34,341 nucleotides of DNA from Tolypothrix carrinoi HA7290-LM1 (GTDB lineage: Bacteria; Cyanobacteriota; Cyanobacteriia; Cyanobacteriales; Nostocaceae). Location of the stretch: positions 1 to 34,341 of the forward strand of contig JAHHIK010000090.1 of assembly GCA_019358935.1 (NCBI GenBank), written 5' to 3'. The stretch's first letter is position 1. Every line of letters begins with the position of its first letter. The notes beneath the pieces are model-generated. The model did no database searches. It was not told the DNA's origin and worked only from the letters and a program-made list of their open reading frames with translations. Of this stretch, positions 29,460 through 34,341 are shown piece by piece. Made by a program: the position numbers and the translations under genes.

Positions 29460-30242
29460 TCATTGCGACCAAACGTTCAACCGTCGCTCATAGATTTGCG
29501 GTACAACCTGAGTAGCGGCAGTTCCGAGGAGTAGGCGCAATGGCGGGTTAAGGGCATCGACGAGCTTGAGTATTGCCGCGCTTGATGCGGTTGGGTCGCC
29601 GCTCTTCACACCCGCATTTCGGGTTGCTCGCGCATTCCGCAAGCTGTCATAGTCGGGTATTGGCTTAACGTGTACCGCCGAGCTACCAGCCCAATCCCTG
29701 CTGAATCCACCAGGCTCGATCAGGGTAACTTTGATGCCGAATGACGCAACCTCCTGACTGAGCGCCTCGCTGAACCCTTCCAATCCCCACTTAGAGGCGT
29801 GGTACAGTCCCAGGAGGGGGAATGCACCAATACCGCCAAGGCTGGAAACTTGCTTTCCTGTGTCCACTGCCTTGAGCGCGTAGGTAGGGCAACGCCGCTT
29901 GAGTGACCCACAGCGCCCCGAACAGATTGGTTTCGATCTGCGCCCGTGATAAAGGACTCGCTGACTTCTTCGATCGCTCCAAACAAGCCGTAGCCTGCAT
30001 TGTTAACAATCACGTCAAGTTGCCCAACCCTGGCGCGATCCGCTGCCTTCACTGCTGCGAAGTCCGCCGCCCGGTCGGTGAAACCGCAGGGGCAAGATCT
30101 GATCGCCAAAACGCTCCACTAAATCTTTAAGATTGTCAGGGGTACGCGCTGTCACCGCCACTCGGTCGCCACGCTCTGGTGCCGCCTCAGTCCTAGCGCG
30201 ACCAAACCCGCGCGACGTACCAGTAATAAACCACGTTTTCAT
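29460..30242 (-). pseudogene. SDR oxidoreductase, multiple frameshifts
   Basis: KTWFITGTSRGFG, VNNAGYGLFGAIEE, YHASKWGLEG, KVTLIEPG. Confidence 0.88.
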
Positions 30243-30291
30243 ATGTGCTCCTTAGTAAGAAATGGCGACTTTATTCTCAAGTATCATGATG

Positions 30292-31026
30292 TTAGAATGC
30301 GCTCTTCGTCAGTCGGACAATGACTTCGTTGACATCAACATTGTCCGGTTGGGATACCGCATACAAGACGGCAAGAGCGATCGCATCTGGAGTCAGTGCG
30401 GTTTTACGGATGTCTTTCAATAGGTCTAAAGCTGCATCATCTGTAATCTCCCAGCCGAGTTCCGTCTCTACCACACCAGGAGAGATGGTGGTCACACGGA
30501 TATTCTTCGATTCCTGCCGCAGTCCTTCGGAGATTGCCCAGACTGCGTATTTGGTGGCGCAATAAACTGCGGCAGTGGGCACTACCAAATGTGCGCCAAT
30601 CGATGCCGTATTGATAAACTGACCGCCGCCTTGTGCTTCCATAATCGGCAAAGAAGCCGCAATGCCGTTCAATACACCACGGATATTCACATCAATCATT
30701 GTGTCCCATTCCTCGACTTTCAAGTTACTCAACGGGGACAGTGGCATCACACCTGCATTGTTGAAGATGACATCGACGCGACCAAACTGATCTAGAGCAA
30801 AGTGAATGAAGGCTTTTACATCCTCGCGATCGGTGACATCTAGGGCCTTGAATTCGGCTGTACCCCCCCAGGCGCGGATCTCCTTGACAATCTTTTCCAG
30901 CTTTTCGGTTCGCCGTGCCCCTAGAACGACCTTCGCACCGTTTTGGGCAAGTAACTTCGCGGTAGCTTCTCCGATGCCGCTACTGGCTCCAGTAATCGCA
31001 ATGACTTTGTTTTCTACGTTTAACAT
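30292..31026 (-). CDS. SDR family oxidoreductase
   Basis: Intact 244 aa; TGASSGIG, NNAG, YCATK. Confidence 0.93.
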   Translation of the reverse strand: MLNVENKVIAITGASSGIGEATAKLLAQNGAKVVLGARRTEKLEKIVKEIRAWGGTAEFKALDVTDREDVKAFIHFALDQFGRVDVIFNNAGVMPLSPLSNLKVEEWDTMIDVNIRGVLNGIAASLPIMEAQGGGQFINTASIGAHLVVPTAAVYCATKYAVWAISEGLRQESKNIRVTTISPGVVETELGWEITDDAALDLLKDIRKTALTPDAIALAVLYAVSQPDNVDVNEVIVRLTKSAF

Positions 31027-31100
31027 GATGATTACCCGTCTTGTTGAAGTTAGTTTGAGTTAACTGTTTCCGCAGGGCGATCGCAACCTTGCCTTCTGGA

Positions 31101-31673
31101 TCACGACTTGGCTGGTTGAACTGAATCATGATATTTGCTCTGTTTAGATGCATTTATTTCTGCGATGTCACCGGAAAATTGACCTTGTTTTCCAAAAAAC
31201 AACTCTTTGAGCGTTCCTGCTGCTATCAAAGCACGGGGAAAGCCGGATGTAACTGTGGTAATGTAGACGACTTCCATCAACTCTTCTGGCGTAACCCCAT
31301 AGTTCAGAGCATACTGAGCATGAACTTTGAATTGCGGCATCGTGCCTTGTGCTGCAAATCCAGCAAAAGAAACAAGCTGACGAGTCTTAGGATTGGGCAC
31401 CTCACGCCCCCAAATGTCGCCCAAGGCATAGTTGAGCGTCAGATCGGCAAGCTCTGGAAAATCCTTTTGAAGCTGTTGAAAATGCGGTGGAAGATTTTTA
31501 CCGCCTGTAAGACTGTTCAAAACTTCTTCGCCGCGCTTCTGTCGCGTCAGCGTTTCAGAGGGTTGTGGAATCGTTATTTGTGCTTGCGTCGGTGAGAGCA
31601 TAAAAATTGCTCCCGTTGCAATCAACGTTACAATTACTCCCGTCGCAATCAATGTTAGAAGTTTTCTATTCAT
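31101..31673 (-). CDS. Carboxymuconolactone decarboxylase family protein with N-terminal hydrophobic/signal segment; last ~20 aa possibly frameshifted
   Basis: YALGDIWGR..L/P.PKTRQLV, HAQYALNYGVTPEELMEV, GFPRAL. Confidence 0.85.
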   Translation of the reverse strand: MNRKLLTLIATGVIVTLIATGAIFMLSPTQAQITIPQPSETLTRQKRGEEVLNSLTGGKNLPPHFQQLQKDFPELADLTLNYALGDIWGREVPNPKTRQLVSFAGFAAQGTMPQFKVHAQYALNYGVTPEELMEVVYITTVTSGFPRALIAAGTLKELFFGKQGQFSGDIAEINASKQSKYHDSVQPAKS

Positions 31674-31733
31674 GATTTCTCTTCGCTGTCCATAGCGGAC
31701 TTATTTTTTGACGGTTTCTCTTGAGATGTCTTC

Positions 31734-31825
31734 ATCCTACAAATTCGAGCCAGCATTTCAAATGCCCAAACCTATCCGATGATTGCCTAATTCTCCAAAA
31801 CAGTCGCTTTAAGAAGTTCTATAAT
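31734..31825. promoter_or_regulatory. Divergent promoter region with a putative AraC (YqhC-type) binding repeat
   Basis: TGCCCAAACCT / TGCCTAATTCT 21 bp apart (31763, 31784); TAGGAT -10 on minus (31734-31739); TATAAT on plus (31820). Confidence 0.5.
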
Positions 31826-31862
31826 CGTCAGAGTAAGGCATTTAGCGAGTCGAGTCTCTAGC

Positions 31863-32783
31863 ATGACAGTTGAAATCCCTAATCCTGATGCGATCGCCAA
31901 TCAGTGCAAAGAGCTAGCAGCATTAGTGACTCGGCATACCGAGGGCAACGGGAACGGTATCCATCCAACTGCGATCAAGCAATTGGACTTTACGCGATCT
32001 GATGCTGTGTCTACCGCACTCCACCATGTTTGTGAACCGAAGATCGCGATCGTCGTTCAAGGTCAAAAAGAAGTATTGCTGGGTGAGGAAACGTATCAGT
32101 ATGGCGCAACGCAGTATTTAGTCATTTCGGTTGATTTACCGCTGAGTGGATTTGTGGTTGAGGCGACACCCGACAAGCCGTATTTAGGGCTGAAGCTGAA
32201 CTTAGACTTGATGCAACTGTGCGCTCTGGTTGCCCAAATGAGTCCCAGTTCAGGAAAGAAAGAGAACTCTGTCCGAGGCGTATCAGTCAGCAATGGCGAT
32301 GCAGCGTTGATTGAGTGTGCCCTTCGCCTCACCAAGCTCTTAGATACGCCGCAACATATCCCGATGCTGGCACCGATGATGATTCGTGAACTCTATTACC
32401 GTCTGCTCATCGGTGAACAAGGTGAAGCCGTGCGCCAAATTGCCACATCGGGTAGCACTATGCAGCGAATTGCGTCAGCCATCAAACTGATCAAGGCTGA
32501 GTTTACCCAACCGATGCGGATCGAGGATTTAGCAGGGCGGGTCAGTATGTCTACTTCGTCGTTTCATCAGCATTTCAAGCAAGTGACCTCGATGAGTCCG
32601 CTTCAGTATCAAAAGCAGTTAAGACTTTTGGAAGCGCGTCGCCTCATGCTTGCCGAAAACGCTGATGCGACGTATGCTGCCTATCGGGTCGGGTATGAAA
32701 GCCCCTCACAGTTCAGCCGCGAATATTCGCGCATGTTCGGTGCGCCACCGATTCGGGACATTGAACGGCTGCGAACTGCTTGA
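31863..32783 (+). CDS. AraC family transcriptional regulator (AraC_N domain, YqhC-like)
   Basis: Intact 306 aa; IVVQGQK, SPLQYQKQLRLLEARRLM, VGYESPSQFSREYSRMFG. Confidence 0.95.
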   Translation: MTVEIPNPDAIANQCKELAALVTRHTEGNGNGIHPTAIKQLDFTRSDAVSTALHHVCEPKIAIVVQGQKEVLLGEETYQYGATQYLVISVDLPLSGFVVEATPDKPYLGLKLNLDLMQLCALVAQMSPSSGKKENSVRGVSVSNGDAALIECALRLTKLLDTPQHIPMLAPMMIRELYYRLLIGEQGEAVRQIATSGSTMQRIASAIKLIKAEFTQPMRIEDLAGRVSMSTSSFHQHFKQVTSMSPLQYQKQLRLLEARRLMLAENADATYAAYRVGYESPSQFSREYSRMFGAPPIRDIERLRTA

Positions 32784-32792
32784 GCGCAACTA

Positions 32793-34012
32793 GTAGTCTG
32801 TCAAGGCAACGAAAGCCGGGTGAAACACTTGGGTATAAGCGTTCCATCTTTCTACGAGCATCCTTCGTTTTAAAGCGCCAATTTACACTTACACGATGCT
32901 GATTTCGTTGTCGCTCCCATTTCCCCAATCTCTCGCTTACAACGTTTGTAAGTCTGGAATTCTTCTTTCTAGACATTGACGCGATAAAACTGACAGTTCA
33001 ATCTCAACTTGATTTAACCAAGAAGCGTGTTATGGTGTGTAGTGAAACTCTAATTTTCTAATAATTCGCCGTGCATATCGACGGTTGAAAAACTTCGTAT
33101 AATGCGGCTGGATTATGAATGTTCAAGTTATCCACTATCTATAGAATTAACTGAGCTTGAGGATAATAAACATCAACTAAATCTTTCCGAAGTTTAGCAA
33201 AATCAAACGAGCGTGCGTTGTCGTGTTATTTCAATATGTCGCCAGCCAGCTAGCGGTTCTAAGTAAGCAAATAAATTGACAGTTCCGTTACGTTCGTATT
33301 CGCGCGTCATAACGCTCTGGCTGCTTTGGTTCAGGAGGCAAAGGCTCGTAAACATCCTTTATTAATTGACATGGACGTTCATCAAAACAAATTACAGGAC
33401 GAAGTGGGTCATACGGCTGACTGTATAAATCTAATAAATCTTCCATCCGTAATACATACTCGGCATCAACCTTGGGGATACACCACTGTTCCTTTAACCA
33501 CGGTTAAACGAGCGTTTTTTTTAAAGTCCTACGTACCGTTTCATAACTAATTGAGTCCACAATGCCTAAATGTACTAATCGCCCTGCTAACAATCTCAAT
33601 GTCCAACGTATATTTCCTGTGGGTGCTTTTGAACATGCCGTCGCAATTAAAAAAGCTTCTTTTTCACCATCAATTTTGCGTGTCTTAGGTGGATGTGGAC
33701 GCTCGTTTAATACTAAATCTATACCTCCAGTTGCCAATCTGTGCCGAGTGCGTTCCACTGTTGAAACATTCACCCCAAGGTTGTGTGCGATCGCTTTATC
33801 AGTTTTGCCCTCAAAGCTCATTAAAATAATACGGGCACGGGTTATAGTTCGCGCCTTGGTTTTTCCCGCTCTAATAATTGTTCGTAGTTTTTCTAGCTCT
33901 TCCTCCGTCAAATTTACGGTATATTTTTTTATCATGATGCTACTTCCTAAACCCCTGAAGATAGTTTACCAAAACTTGGTAATACCCGGCTTTCGTTGGC
34001 TTGATAGACTAC
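32793..34012 (-). mobile_element. IS630-family insertion sequence
   Basis: 28-bp IRs GTAGTCTGTCAAGGCAACGAAAGCCGGG / CCCGGCTTTCGTTGGCTTGATAGACTAC; TA duplications. Confidence 0.9.
32800..33935 (-). pseudogene. IS630 transposase: HTH ORF-A (33504-33935) intact, DDE ORF-B degraded
   Basis: RWTLRLLA..., SISYETVRRTLKK with an A8 slippery run; downstream fragments DNLN, HASWLNQVEIELSVL and WRFKTKDAR. Confidence 0.85.
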
Positions 34013-34341
34013 TAGTATCATCGGAAGAAAAAACAGAGTTAAAGATTTTATTCCTGCGATCGCGATAAACAAGCAGGCTTGTAGATTTTTCCTACATCCT
34101 TTGTGATATCGAGAGTTTGGCGTTTTATTCCTGTGATAACAATTATGATCGCAAGAATTTTGGCGCTACCGAAGCTACTGTTTTAGTAGTCGTTAAAAAG
34201 ACCATTCAGTGTCATTATACCGATAATATTGCCGCAACTAGAACCATAATATTGCCTAGACTTGAGTTCAAATGCTGATTACGTCGTTCTGTAATAAATT
34301 TAATGCATTTGTTATTGGAATCATAAATTTGCCGATAACGC

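Noticed and set aside
34015..34341. Possible CDS at the right edge
   Set aside because: No sustained ORF or recognisable motif in either strand.

Overview
Accessory, probably plasmid-borne, region of a cyanobacterium. The evidence is about 30 HIP1 GCGATCGC octamers counted by eye, Nostocales-type short repeats, and an integrase/zinc-ribbon/parA remnant at the left end. The cargo is a long, almost entirely minus-strand run of redox and detoxification genes: SDRs, aldo-keto reductase, flavin monooxygenase, NmrA-like reductases, hydrolases, cupin, intradiol dioxygenase, CMD and a P-II paralogue, with AraC regulators. Most are frameshifted, truncated or internally deleted; some frameshifts could be assembly errors. 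Mobile DNA includes a full group IIB intron (8765-11446), an IS200/IS605 (tnpA+tnpB), IS5, IS630, IS4 and ISAs1 copies, several MITEs and 23-33 nt mini-insertions. The most unusual signals are non-coding. (1) A 114-bp element occurs in three states: two copies with the core in one orientation, one with the core inverted between 15-17 bp inverted repeats, and one core-less scar; three of the four sit at gene-breaking junctions. (2) Five copies of an AraC 3'-tail plus promoter module, two of them hit at the same position by unrelated MITEs. (3) A duplicated 71-bp leader motif. (4) A solitary attC site whose R'' box contains the stop codon of an epoxide hydrolase gene. (5) An intron whose EBS1 pairs with the antisense of a ribosome-binding site.
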